Shown here piece after piece: positions 27,615 through 36,837 of a stretch of DNA of 64,000 nucleotides. The notes under the pieces were generated by a model, which was given only the letters and a program-made list of their open reading frames with translations, did not search any database and was not told the origin of the DNA. The translations under genes and the position numbers were made by a program. The stretch is from Clostridiales bacterium Firm_07 (lineage in GTDB: Bacteria > Bacillota > Clostridia > Oscillospirales > CAG-272), in the NCBI GenBank assembly GCA_001604005.1, contig LVAM01000010.1, positions 273,079 to 337,078 of the forward strand, written 5' to 3'. Every line of letters starts with the position of its first letter. Positions within the stretch are counted from its first letter, which is position 1.

Positions 27615-27644
27615 AGTTTAGCACAAAAAGCCCCGATTTGTAAA
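27615..27644 (-). promoter_or_regulatory. Candidate promoter of paralog B
   Basis: On the minus strand: TTTACA-18 nt-TGcTAAACT. Confidence 0.5.
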
Positions 27645-27695
27645 GCGTTTTCCCGATTTTGCGTGATTTTTTGTACTTTCCTCTCCCCGCTCCAC

Positions 27696-27724
27696 TTGAA
27701 AAAAAGCGAAAGATGTTGTATAAT
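27696..27724 (+). promoter_or_regulatory. Sigma-A-type promoter of the IMPDH-like gene
   Basis: TTGAAA-17 nt-TATAAT, 30 nt upstream of the ATG. Confidence 0.65.
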
Positions 27725-27753
27725 GAGAAAAATACAGAAAAAGGAGTATGAAT

Positions 27754-29256
27754 ATGGCAACTTTTTGTCCGGAACCTTCTCATACTTTCAATGAATATCT
27801 GCTGATCCCGGGGTATTCTTCCGGCGAATGCGTGCCCGCGCGCGTGTCGCTGGTCACGCCGCTTGTGCGTTTCAAAAAAGGAGAAGAACCCGCCGTTTCG
27901 CTCAATATCCCGCTCGTTTCCGCCATTATGCAATCGGTCTCGGGCGATAAACTCGCCATCGCGCTGGCAAGAGAGGGCGGTCTTTCGTTTATTTACGGCT
28001 CGCAATCGATTGAAAGCGAAGCGGCGATGGTCGCGCGCGTCAAGAGTTACAAAGCCGGCTTTGTGCGCAGTGACTCCAATTTGCGCCCCGACAACACCCT
28101 TGCCGACGTGCTCTCTCTCAAAGAGGCGACCGGGCACTCCACCGTTGCCGTGACCGACGACGGTACGCCCGACGGTACGCTCCTTGGCATCGTGACGAGC
28201 CGCGATTACCGCGTCAGCCGTATGGAGCCGACGTTGCCGGTTTCCGCCTTTATGACGCCGCTTGAAAAACTCATCACCGCGCCGGAAGGCACCACGCTCC
28301 GCGAGGCAAACGACATCATTTGGGATCATAAACTCAATTCTCTCCCCATCGTCAACGCCGCGGGAAAACTCTGCTATTTCGTCTTCCGCAAAGACTACGA
28401 CGAGCACAAGAAAAATCCGCTGGAACTGCTTGACGAGCAAAAGCGCTACGTCGTGGGCGCGGGCATCAACACCCGCGATTACGAAACGCGCGTACCCGCG
28501 CTGATCGAGGCGGGCGCGGACGTGCTGTGCATCGACTCCTCGGAAGGGTTTTCCGAATGGCAGCAACGCACGCTCTCTTTTATCCGCAAAACTTACGGTG
28601 ATCGCGTCAAAGTCGGCGCGGGTAACGTGGTGGACGCCGAAGGTTTCCGTTTTCTTGCCGATTGCGGCGCGGATTTCGTGAAAGTGGGCATCGGCGGCGG
28701 CTCGATCTGCATCACGCGCGAGACCAAAGGCATCGGGCGCGGGCAAGCGACGGCGCTGATCGAGGTTTGCCGCGCGCGCGATGAATATTATAAGGAAACC
28801 GGCGTGTACGTGCCGGTTTGTTCAGACGGCGGCATCGTGCACGATCACCACATCACACTGGCGCTGGCAATGGGCGCGGATTTCGTGATGCTGGGCAGAT
28901 ATTTCGCTCGCTTTGACGAAAGCCCCTCGGAAAAAGTGAACGTCAACGGCACGCTGATGAAAGAATACTGGGGCGAGGGCAGCAACCGCGCCCGCAACTG
29001 GCAGCGCTACGACCTCGGCGGCAACGCCAAACTCTCCTTTGAAGAGGGCGTCGACTCTTACGTACCCTATGCCGGCAAACTGTCGGACAACGTGCAACAA
29101 AGCCTTGCCAAAGTGCGCTCCACCATGTGCAACTGCGGCGCGCTGACGATACCGGAGTTGCAGAAGAAAGCCAAACTGACGCTTGTCTCCTCGGTCAGCA
29201 TCGTGGAGGGCGGCGCGCACGACGTTGTGCTCAAAACCGCCAACAAGCCACTGTAA
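27754..29256 (+). CDS. guaB: IMP dehydrogenase family protein (IMPDH/GMPR TIM barrel with CBS pair)
   Basis: It has the catalytic-loop motif [12 protein letters not shown], the N-terminal LIPGYS...VSAIMQSV, and a CBS-like insert. The ATG at 27754 has better spacing from AAGGAG than the one at 27748. Confidence 0.8.
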   Translation: MATFCPEPSHTFNEYLLIPGYSSGECVPARVSLVTPLVRFKKGEEPAVSLNIPLVSAIMQSVSGDKLAIALAREGGLSFIYGSQSIESEAAMVARVKSYKAGFVRSDSNLRPDNTLADVLSLKEATGHSTVAVTDDGTPDGTLLGIVTSRDYRVSRMEPTLPVSAFMTPLEKLITAPEGTTLREANDIIWDHKLNSLPIVNAAGKLCYFVFRKDYDEHKKNPLELLDEQKRYVVGAGINTRDYETRVPALIEAGADVLCIDSSEGFSEWQQRTLSFIRKTYGDRVKVGAGNVVDAEGFRFLADCGADFVKVGIGGGSICITRETKGIGRGQATALIEVCRARDEYYKETGVYVPVCSDGGIVHDHHITLALAMGADFVMLGRYFARFDESPSEKVNVNGTLMKEYWGEGSNRARNWQRYDLGGNAKLSFEEGVDSYVPYAGKLSDNVQQSLAKVRSTMCNCGALTIPELQKKAKLTLVSSVSIVEGGAHDVVLKTANKPL

Positions 29257-29381
29257 AACAGAGAAACGCCGCGCGGAAAATCCGCGTGGCGTTTCTCGTG
29301 CCCGTCGCCGCCCTTTTTCCCCGCGCGGCGCGCAAAAGCGAACGTGCATAAACGTGCATACGCGGAATTTTGAAAAACCTC

Positions 29382-29410
29382 TTGACAAATAAAACCGCGT
29401 CTGTTATAAT
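29382..29410 (+). promoter_or_regulatory. Consensus sigma-A promoter of tRNA-Ala
   Basis: TTGACA-17 nt-TGtTATAAT, 14 nt upstream of the tRNA. Confidence 0.75.
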
Positions 29411-29424
29411 GTCCCTTGTCACGC

Positions 29425-29500
29425 GGGGCATTAGCGCAGTTGGGAGCGCACAACACTGGCAGTGTTGGGGTCAGGGGTTCGAATCCCCTATGCTCCACCA
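29425..29500 (+). tRNA. tRNA-Ala (anticodon GGC), CCA encoded
   Basis: The sequence is GGGGCATTAGCGCAGTTGGGAGCGC... The anticodon arm is CAACA-CTGGCAG-TGTTG. The G3:U70 identity pair is present. The T arm is GGGGTTCGAATCCCC, with 3' ACCA. Confidence 0.9.
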
Positions 29501-29544
29501 CAAAAAGGACGCCGACAGGCGTCCTTTTTTGGTGGTTGGGGTGA
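29476..29544 (+). repeat. Direct repeat copy 1 (tRNA-Ala T-loop to 3' end, plus terminator and 14 nt)
   Basis: The 69-nt segment GGTTCGAATCCCCTATGCTCCACCAcAAAAAGGACGCCGACAGGCGTCCTTTTTTGGTGGTTGGGGTGA recurs at 29700-29768. Confidence 0.9.
29502..29530 (+). terminator. Intrinsic terminator after tRNA-Ala
   Basis: aaaaAGGACGCC-gaca-GGCGTCCTttttt. Confidence 0.8.
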
Positions 29545-29699
29545 AGAACCCCTCTCGCGCCGCGGACGGAAAACCGCGGCGACAGGCGACCCGGGCGTTT
29601 TTGCCCGAATGAAGCAAAAAGTTTTGCTTTTCCGAAAGGCAAAACGGCGGCAACGCCGCCGAGAACGGCGTCGGTAAGCAAGCGCCCGCGTTTGCGTAC

Positions 29700-29768
29700 G
29701 GTTCAGAATCCCCTATGCTCCACCAAAAAAGGACGCCGACAGGCGTCCTTTTTTGGTGGTTGGGGTGA
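29700..29768 (+). repeat. Direct repeat copy 2 (orphan tRNA-Ala 3' fragment plus terminator copy)
   Basis: It matches copy 1 except for one inserted A (GGTTCaGAATCC) and one missing C after CCA. No 5' half of a tRNA lies upstream, so this is a fragment and not a gene. Confidence 0.9.
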
Positions 29769-29798
29769 GAATCACTCCCTCGCCGCGATCTCACGGTC

Positions 29799-31295
29799 TC
29801 ATTCTTCTTGTGCATAATAGATCGCACATTTCACGGCCTTTTCCCAACCCCTCAAAAGCGCTTTGCGCTTTTCCTCTGTCATTGCCGGCTCAAAAACCCT
29901 GCCGCATTGCCAGTTTGCGCGCACCTCGTCCTTGTTTCGCCAATACCCGACGGTAAGCCCCGCAAGATACGCCGCGCCCAGCGCCGTGGTCTCGATGCAA
30001 TTCGGGCGCTCGATACGCACGCCGGAAATATCCGATTGAAATTGCATCAAAAAGTTGTTGGCGCTGGCGCCGCCGTCCACTTTGAGAGCGGCAAGGCTCA
30101 TTCCGGATTCATCTTGCATTGCCGAGAGCAGATCGTTCGTCTGATAGGCGAGCGATTCCACCGTTGCCCTGATGAAATGATCTTTGGAAACGCCGCGGGT
30201 AAGCCCCACGATGGTGCCGCGCGCGTATTGTTGCCAATACGGCGCGCCGAGCCCCGAAAAAGCCGGCACGATATAGACGCCGCCCGTATCCTCAACGGCG
30301 TTGCAATACGCTTCGGACTGGGGCGAGGAACGGATCATACGCATTTCGTCACGCAGCCACTGGATCGCCGCGCCCGCGATGAACACGCTGCCTTCCAGCG
30401 CGTAATGCGGTCTTTCGTCGGTTCCGGCGGCAAGGGTGGTGAGCAGTCCGTTCTTTGACAGGATCTTGTTTTCTCCGGTATTCATCAGCATAAAGCCGCC
30501 GGTGCCGTATGTGCTCTTCACCGCGCCCGGCTCAAACCCGCACTGCCCGAAAAGCGCCGCCTGCTGATCTCCGGCGGCGCCGGCAATGGGGATCTCCCCA
30601 CCGAAGCGCGCGGTCGTACCGTAACGGAAACCGGACGGGTGCACCGCCGGCAACATTTCGCGCGGGATATCGAAATAGGCAAGGATCTCGTCGTCCCACG
30701 TGAGAGTGCGAATATCGAAAAGCATTGTTCTCGACGCGTTGGTATAGTCGGTGGCGTGCACGGCGCCGTTGGTGAGATTCCAGATCAACCAGGAATCCAC
30801 CGTGCCGAATTTGATCTCCCCACGCCGCGCGCGCTCACGGGAACCGGGTATATGGTTCAGTATCCACGCGATCTTGCCGGCGGAAAAATACGCGTCGGGG
30901 ATAAGACCCGTCTTCTCCCGCACCTTGTCGGTCCAGCCCTCGGCTTTCATTTTTTCGATCATATCCGAAGTGCGACGGCACTGCCAAACGATGGCGTTGT
31001 AGATCGGTTTGCCGGTGGCGACGTCCCAGAGAATGGTGGTCTCGCGTTGATTGGTGATGCCGATGGCGGCGATCTCCTCGGGCAGCGCGTCGATCTTTTG
31101 CATCGCCTCCATGGTCACGCCCATTTGCGTGGACCAGATCTCCATCGGATCGTGTTCCACCCAACCGGCTTTCGGATAGATCTGCCGAAATTCACGCTGC
31201 ACCGCGCTCTTGACCTCGCCCTTTTTGTCGAAAAGTATCGCGCGCGAACTGGTCGTTCCCTGATCCATTGCGATGATGTATTTTTTGTTTTCCAT
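29799..31295 (-). CDS. glpK: Glycerol kinase
   Basis: The FGGY kinase motifs [15 protein letters not shown] and [10 protein letters not shown] are present, and it is about 498 aa. The ATG is at 31295. Confidence 0.95.
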   Translation of the reverse strand: MENKKYIIAMDQGTTSSRAILFDKKGEVKSAVQREFRQIYPKAGWVEHDPMEIWSTQMGVTMEAMQKIDALPEEIAAIGITNQRETTILWDVATGKPIYNAIVWQCRRTSDMIEKMKAEGWTDKVREKTGLIPDAYFSAGKIAWILNHIPGSRERARRGEIKFGTVDSWLIWNLTNGAVHATDYTNASRTMLFDIRTLTWDDEILAYFDIPREMLPAVHPSGFRYGTTARFGGEIPIAGAAGDQQAALFGQCGFEPGAVKSTYGTGGFMLMNTGENKILSKNGLLTTLAAGTDERPHYALEGSVFIAGAAIQWLRDEMRMIRSSPQSEAYCNAVEDTGGVYIVPAFSGLGAPYWQQYARGTIVGLTRGVSKDHFIRATVESLAYQTNDLLSAMQDESGMSLAALKVDGGASANNFLMQFQSDISGVRIERPNCIETTALGAAYLAGLTVGYWRNKDEVRANWQCGRVFEPAMTEEKRKALLRGWEKAVKCAIYYAQEE

Positions 31296-31335
31296 AGCGC
31301 TCCGCCTTTCCGGAAAGTATTGTCCGTATACTATC

Positions 31336-31364
31336 ATTATAACCTTCCCCGATCGAAAATTCAA
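31336..31364 (-). promoter_or_regulatory. Sigma-A-type promoter of glpK
   Basis: On the minus strand: TTGAAT-17 nt-TATAAT. Confidence 0.6.
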
Positions 31365-31381
31365 GTGCCGTTTCGCGCCTC

Positions 31382-31410
31382 TTGACGAACGCGGTTTTTC
31401 CGTTTATAAT
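31382..31410 (+). promoter_or_regulatory. Sigma-A-type promoter of the hydrolase gene
   Basis: TTGACG-17 nt-TATAAT. Confidence 0.65.
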
Positions 31411-31453
31411 GATTTTGTAAGCATTTTGCAATTCACAACCGGAGGTATGCCGT

Positions 31454-32404
31454 ATGCCGCAGTTCAAAAACTTCACGTTTCTCTCCGCAAACGGGAAAAC
31501 GAAAATCAACGTCCGCCGCTTCGATCCCGATGCCGCGCCGCGCGGGATCGTGCAGATCGCCCACGGCGTTGCCGAACATTCCGCGCGGTACGATGAATTT
31601 ATGACCTTCCTCGCCGCAAACGGTTTCGTCGCGCTTGCCAACGACCATCTCGGACACGGCAAAAGCGTGAACGACGAGAGCGAGAAAGGCTGGTTTGCCG
31701 ACAAGGGCGGTTGGGATCTTGTGGTCGGCGACGTGAAAAAACTGCACGATATGACGAAAAGCGAATATCCGGACGTTCCCTATATCCTTTTCGGACACAG
31801 TATGGGCTCATTTGTGGCGCGAACCTATCTCATTCGCTATCCGAACGATCTGAACGCGGCGGTGATCTGCGGCACGGGACAGCAATCCGCGGCGTTGGTT
31901 GGCGCGGGAAAGGCGGCGGCAAAGGCGGTCGCTTTCTGCAAGGGCTCAAAACACCGCTCGAAAATGCTCAACGGTTTGGCGTTCGGCGCATACAACAAGG
32001 AGTTTGAGCCGCGGCGCACCGACTGCGATTGGCTTTGCCGCGACGCGGAGATCGTCGATCGCTATATCGCCGATCCCGATTGCGGCTTTACCGCCACCGC
32101 CGGGCTTTTCCGCGATATGATGGGCGGGATCGCCTTTATCGGCAAGCGGGAAAATATCGAAAAAATGAACAAGTCCCTGCCCGTTTTCCTCATTTCGGGC
32201 GACAAAGACCCCGTGGGAGAAAACGGGAAAGGTCCCGCGCGCGTCGCGGAACTTTGGAAACGCGCCGGAATGCGGGACGTGTGCCTCAAACTTTATCCCG
32301 ACTGCCGCCACGAACTGATCAACGAACTGAACAAAGCGGAAGTGATGAACGATATCTTGCACTTCATTGAAAACAAAGCCTGTTTAGGCAAAGCCGAAGC
32401 ATAA
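31454..32404 (+). CDS. Alpha/beta hydrolase (lysophospholipase/monoacylglycerol lipase-like)
   Basis: It has the nucleophile elbow GHSMGS, the oxyanion-region IAHGVAEH and a C-terminal D...H (CRHE). Confidence 0.85.
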   Translation: MPQFKNFTFLSANGKTKINVRRFDPDAAPRGIVQIAHGVAEHSARYDEFMTFLAANGFVALANDHLGHGKSVNDESEKGWFADKGGWDLVVGDVKKLHDMTKSEYPDVPYILFGHSMGSFVARTYLIRYPNDLNAAVICGTGQQSAALVGAGKAAAKAVAFCKGSKHRSKMLNGLAFGAYNKEFEPRRTDCDWLCRDAEIVDRYIADPDCGFTATAGLFRDMMGGIAFIGKRENIEKMNKSLPVFLISGDKDPVGENGKGPARVAELWKRAGMRDVCLKLYPDCRHELINELNKAEVMNDILHFIENKACLGKAEA

Positions 32405-32494
32405 GAACGGCTGAAACGGCCGCAATACCCGTTGAACGATAAAACGCATCACGTTTCGGGGGTAAATAGTACTTTTTCGTTCTTTGCTCGCCGC

Positions 32495-32529
32495 AAAAGG
32501 CGTCTTTCGTTTGGAAAGACGCCTTTTTG
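32495..32529 (+). terminator. Intrinsic terminator after the hydrolase gene
   Basis: aaaaGGCGTCTTTC-gtttg-GAAAGACGCCttttt. Confidence 0.8.
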
Positions 32530-32587
32530 TGATGGCTCCCGTCTCCGCCGTTTTCAAATCCCGCGTCATCTTTTTTGCCGATATGTC

Positions 32588-32616
32588 TTGCATTCCATTT
32601 TTATTTGTATTATAAT
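32588..32616 (+). promoter_or_regulatory. Sigma-A-type promoter of the six-gene GAF-ABC/STAS/PP2C operon
   Basis: TTGCAT-17 nt-TATAAT in an AT-rich stretch. The roughly 70-nt leader contains the palindrome ATATCGATAT. Confidence 0.65.
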
Positions 32617-32691
32617 CTATACGTGATGTTCATAGATGTTTGATATGAGAAGCACATATCGATATCCAAAGCAACAAGGAGACAGACGGAT

Positions 32692-33912
32692 ATGTCGCAA
32701 GAAAATCGATTTGCAAAAGCCACTTGGCAGATTATGGAGCAACTCCTGGAAGTGGATAACCTGGAAGACGCGCTGTCGGGCAGTCTTGAAACCATTGTCA
32801 ATACACTGAACAGTGAAGCGGGCGCCATTTGGTTTCTCGACCCCAAAACCGATCGCCTTTGTCCCCTGTTTCACATCGGACCGGCGGATATCTCCGACAT
32901 CACGGTGGAAAACGGGCTTGGCATCGAGGGGCTTGTGACCAAAACCGGCAAATCGATCATCGTGGAAGACGCGGCAAACGACGCCCGCTTTGACGGCTCG
33001 GTCTTTGACGACAACGGCCTTGTGACGCAGACGATGATCTGCGTGCCGCTCAACAATCTGCACGACGTGATCGGCTGTGTGCAGATCGTCAACAAAAAAG
33101 ACGGCAAGCACTATGACAAGGAAGAATTGCAGCTGTGTGAACGTATGGCGTCTCTCGCCGCCATCACCATTGAAGAAAAAGGGCTTTTGATCGACTTCAA
33201 GGAGAAAAAAGAGACCTTGATCTCGCTCAAAGACGTCATCAAAGAGTTTCCTTCCGGCGACGGCGTGTCACGCGTGCTCAAAGGCATCAACCTTGACATA
33301 TACAAAAACGAGTTCGTGGTGGTGCTGGGCGAATCGGGCTGCGGCAAATCCACGATGATGAACATCATCGGCGGTATGGACTTTTTGACCGAAGGAACGA
33401 TTTTGGTGGAAGGCAAGGATTTTTCGCACCCCACCGATGCCGAGCTGACCGCGTTCCGCCGCAAATACGTGGGCTTTATTTTCCAATCCTACAACCTGAT
33501 GCCCAATTTGACGGCGGAAGAAAACGTACAGTTCATCGCGGATCTGGTCGATGATCCCATGCCCGCCCCGGAGGCTATCGCAAAGGTGGGTTTGGCGCAA
33601 CGCGCCGGCAATTATCCGAGCCAAATGTCGGGCGGTCAGCAACAGCGCGTTTCCATCGCCCGCGCCATCGTGAAAAAGCCCAAACTGATTTTAGCCGACG
33701 AGCCCACGGCGGCGCTTGATTATACCACCAGCATCGAGGTGCTGAAAGTGATCGAGGACATCGTCAAAAATGACGGCAGCACCGTGATGATGATCACGCA
33801 CAACCCCGAAATCGCCAAAATGGCGGACCGTGTGGTAAAGGTGCGCAACGGCAAGATCGCCAGCATCAAAAAGAATATGCACCCCCTGCACGCCGAAGAA
33901 TTGGTTTGGTGA
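32692..33912 (+). CDS. GAF domain fused to an ABC transporter ATP-binding domain (MacB/LolD-type)
   Basis: Residues about 1-165 form a GAF-like domain (AIWFLDPKTDRL...GLVTKTGKSIIVEDAANDARF...MICVPLNNLHDVIGCVQIVNKK). The ABC motifs follow: GESGCGKST (Walker A), MSGGQQQRVSIARA (signature) and LILADEPTAALD (Walker B). Confidence 0.85.
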   Translation: MSQENRFAKATWQIMEQLLEVDNLEDALSGSLETIVNTLNSEAGAIWFLDPKTDRLCPLFHIGPADISDITVENGLGIEGLVTKTGKSIIVEDAANDARFDGSVFDDNGLVTQTMICVPLNNLHDVIGCVQIVNKKDGKHYDKEELQLCERMASLAAITIEEKGLLIDFKEKKETLISLKDVIKEFPSGDGVSRVLKGINLDIYKNEFVVVLGESGCGKSTMMNIIGGMDFLTEGTILVEGKDFSHPTDAELTAFRRKYVGFIFQSYNLMPNLTAEENVQFIADLVDDPMPAPEAIAKVGLAQRAGNYPSQMSGGQQQRVSIARAIVKKPKLILADEPTAALDYTTSIEVLKVIEDIVKNDGSTVMMITHNPEIAKMADRVVKVRNGKIASIKKNMHPLHAEELVW

Positions 33913-33918
33913 TCGGCT

Positions 33919-36750
33919 ATGAAAAAAACGCAGCTGAAAGACGGACTTCGCAACATCCGGAAACAAAAAGTTTCGTTTCTTTCCATCGTCATCATCGCGA
34001 TGCTCGGCGTTACCACGTTTCTCGGTATCGACTATACGGCAACGGGTATGCGCCGCAACGGCTCTTCCCTGTATGAAAAACTGAATTACCGCGACGTCGA
34101 GGTGGTTTCCACACTGTTATTGACCAATGAGGATCTTGACAGTTTGCGCGGCGTGGCGGGCGTGACCGACGCGGAACCGGTGCGTTATGCCAATGCGAAG
34201 CTCTCCTTTGGGGAGGCACTGGAAGACGTCGACGTCGTGTCGCTGACACAGCGCATCAACCGCGTCGATCTGCGGCAGGGGCGCTTGCCCGCCGCCGAGG
34301 GCGAATGCGCCGTGGAGCCGAGCGCGGTCGAAACGCTGGGGCTTTCCGTGGGCGACCGTATCCAAGTGACGGAAGCGGATACCTCCTTTTTGAAAAACGG
34401 CGATTTCGTCATCACCGGCATCGTGGCGCATCCGGACCACATCAATTCCGTGGCGACGAAAGTGCCATATGTGATGGTAACGTACGACGCTTTCAACGAC
34501 GAAACGTTAAACGGCTGTTTTATGCGCGCCGAAACGGTCTTTGACAAACCGGCGGGCATCAACCGTTTTTCCGAAAAATACGACAAACTGACGACCGCGG
34601 TGCTGGAAGGAATTGAAGAGATCGCGCCCGCTTGCGTAAAACGGCGACAGGAAAGTTTGCAAAAACAACTCCAAGACGGCTTTGCGCAGTTGGAAACGGC
34701 AAAAGCCGCCGTGCGCGACAAGGTGCGCATCCCGTTTGAAGAGACGTTTCCCGCCGACAAGATCAGCGGGCTGATATCGTGGGCAACAGTCCGAGAAGCA
34801 GACGTTGAAGATCCCAATGAAACCGCCCGTTATTTTTGGATCACGGAAAATACCCGCGTCGATCTTTCCCATTCGCTGGAAGATTTCTTCGGTTCCATCG
34901 TTCGTTCGGAAAGCGTTCCGAAAGAGTTGTTGGTGGCTTTGTACCAAGCCACACAGCACGAAGACGCGCCGAAAACGGGCACGGAATACGACTATGACGC
35001 CATTCGCGAAGCGCTGGTTAACGCCGCCGCGCAAGCCGGCGACGGATATCGGCAACTCTCCGAGGGCTGTGCTTTGTGGGACGCCGGTCACGCGCGGTAT
35101 ATTTCCGTCACGCGCGACGGGGGACGTTGGCTGTCGTTTGGCGGAAAGGGCAACTCCAGTTTCGTACAACTTGCCGTTGCAAGCGGTAACTTTGCGAAAT
35201 TAAAAGCCACCTTTTCCCTGATGTTCGTGTTGGTGGGTGCGCTGGTCATTTTCGCCACGGTGGGCAAAATGGTGGATGAGCAGAGAAATCAGATCGGCAC
35301 CACCAAAGCATTGGGCTTTTTTAACCGCGAGATCTTCGCGAAATATCTGGGATTCGGAATGAGCGCCACCGCCATCGGCACGGTCATCGGGATCTTTGTG
35401 GCGCGTTTCGCGTTGGAGCCCTTTATGCTAAACGGCTTTAACAAATATTATTGGTTCGATCTGTCCGAATCTTCTTTGGTTCTGTCCTCCACGTTGATCG
35501 TCTCCGGAGCCGGTCTCCTGCTTTCCGCCGCGGCAGTGTGGCTTGCCTGCACGAAATTGCTGCGGCAACCCGCCGTGGTACTGATGCAACCCAAAACACC
35601 GAGCGCCAAAAAGAAAAAATCCGCGGGAAAACGCGTTTTGCCGCTGTATTCCCGCCTGATTTTGATGAATATACGCGCCGACCTCAAACGTGTCATCGTA
35701 ACGGTGGTCAGTGTGACGGGCTGTTGTGCGTTGGTGGTGATCGGCTTGACCTTGCGCGCATCCGTGAAAGGCAGCGTTACCAGACAATACAGCGAAATCG
35801 TTGACTATGACGTCTGCGTGCATTACGATCCCGCCGCGTCGGAAAATACATCAAACGACATACAAACCGTCCTCCAAGAGGCCGGCACGGAATTTACCGC
35901 CGTGTACAGTGCGAATGCCGTTTTTCAAATCGACGATCTGCAAAGCGCGGAGCTGTTTTGCGGCGATATCAAAGAGATCAGCGCCTTTCAACATCTGAAC
36001 GACAGAAATACGGGCGATCCGATCAAACCCACCAATCGCGGCGTACTGTTGCAACGCCGTTTTGCCGAAACGTACGGTCTGGACGAGGGCCACACCTTTG
36101 ATCTCTCGTTAAACGGCACCAAGACAGCCACCGTGCGTGTGGCGGGCGTATTTGAAAACTTTATCGGCCGTTCGATCGTGATGAGCAACGAATACTTTGA
36201 AACGGTATTTGGCGAAACGCCCGTCCCCAACGCTTTCCTTGTGCGCCTCGGCAATGCCGACGCCGACCGACTGCAAAAAGATCTGCAAGCGGTAAACGGC
36301 TATGAAAACATCGCCCGCGCCGATAGCGATCGCTCCATCATCGAAACTTCCACCTCGATGATCGACATCGTGGTGATGCTCTTCATCTTTATGGCGGCGG
36401 TGATGGCGGGCGTGGTACAGTTGAACCTGACGAACATGTACATTTCTCAAAAGAAACGGGAACTGACCATTATGCGCATCAACGGTTTTACGGTGCGCGA
36501 GGTCGTGGGATACGTCTTGCGCGAGACCGTGGTGACCACGGTGGCTGGCATTGTGCTCGGAGTCGGTGCCGGCGCAGGCGTCGCGTATCGCATTATACGC
36601 ACCCTGGAACAGCCTTTCCTGCAATTTGACCGGCGCGTCAGTATCGTCGCCTGGATCGCGGGCGTCGTCATCACGATTCTCTTTACGACGATCGTCAACG
36701 CGATCTGTCTGCGGAAAGTCAAACGCCTGAAACTGATCGATATGGCGTAA
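33919..36750 (+). CDS. ABC transporter permease with two FtsX-type modules and two large extracytoplasmic domains
   Basis: It is 943 aa. An N-terminal TM (FLSIVIIAMLGVTTFLGI) is followed by a long soluble region of about 380 aa, a TM bundle, a second soluble region and a C-terminal TM bundle. This is the typical duplicated FtsX/MacB-like layout. The start is 6 nt after the ATPase stop. Confidence 0.8.
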   Translation: MKKTQLKDGLRNIRKQKVSFLSIVIIAMLGVTTFLGIDYTATGMRRNGSSLYEKLNYRDVEVVSTLLLTNEDLDSLRGVAGVTDAEPVRYANAKLSFGEALEDVDVVSLTQRINRVDLRQGRLPAAEGECAVEPSAVETLGLSVGDRIQVTEADTSFLKNGDFVITGIVAHPDHINSVATKVPYVMVTYDAFNDETLNGCFMRAETVFDKPAGINRFSEKYDKLTTAVLEGIEEIAPACVKRRQESLQKQLQDGFAQLETAKAAVRDKVRIPFEETFPADKISGLISWATVREADVEDPNETARYFWITENTRVDLSHSLEDFFGSIVRSESVPKELLVALYQATQHEDAPKTGTEYDYDAIREALVNAAAQAGDGYRQLSEGCALWDAGHARYISVTRDGGRWLSFGGKGNSSFVQLAVASGNFAKLKATFSLMFVLVGALVIFATVGKMVDEQRNQIGTTKALGFFNREIFAKYLGFGMSATAIGTVIGIFVARFALEPFMLNGFNKYYWFDLSESSLVLSSTLIVSGAGLLLSAAAVWLACTKLLRQPAVVLMQPKTPSAKKKKSAGKRVLPLYSRLILMNIRADLKRVIVTVVSVTGCCALVVIGLTLRASVKGSVTRQYSEIVDYDVCVHYDPAASENTSNDIQTVLQEAGTEFTAVYSANAVFQIDDLQSAELFCGDIKEISAFQHLNDRNTGDPIKPTNRGVLLQRRFAETYGLDEGHTFDLSLNGTKTATVRVAGVFENFIGRSIVMSNEYFETVFGETPVPNAFLVRLGNADADRLQKDLQAVNGYENIARADSDRSIIETSTSMIDIVVMLFIFMAAVMAGVVQLNLTNMYISQKKRELTIMRINGFTVREVVGYVLRETVVTTVAGIVLGVGAGAGVAYRIIRTLEQPFLQFDRRVSIVAWIAGVVITILFTTIVNAICLRKVKRLKLIDMA

Positions 36751-36837
36751 AACACACGGGCAAAAGACAAAAACATCTCCGGAGCGAACGGAGAAACAAA
36801 ATACACTTTACATTACTTTTCAAAGGAGAAAACGAAA

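Noticed and set aside
23095-27621. A 1508-aa plus-strand ORF spanning both beta-helix/PHP genes and their intergenic region.
   Set aside because: It runs exactly antisense to two well-supported minus-strand genes that have RBSs, conserved motifs and paralogy. Its composition is the Arg/His/Gly/Val/Ala-rich pattern typical of antisense frames in GC-rich DNA. It has no RBS and reads straight through a terminator hairpin. Its length is explained by stop-codon depletion opposite GC-rich coding sequence.
29067-29827. Two minus-strand ORFs (29067..29681 and 29471..29827) that both contain the peptide HPNHQKRTPVGVLF, suggesting a repeated protein.
   Set aside because: The shared peptide is simply the antisense translation of the duplicated tRNA-Ala 3' end and terminator. 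The ORFs cross a tRNA gene and terminators and have no RBS.
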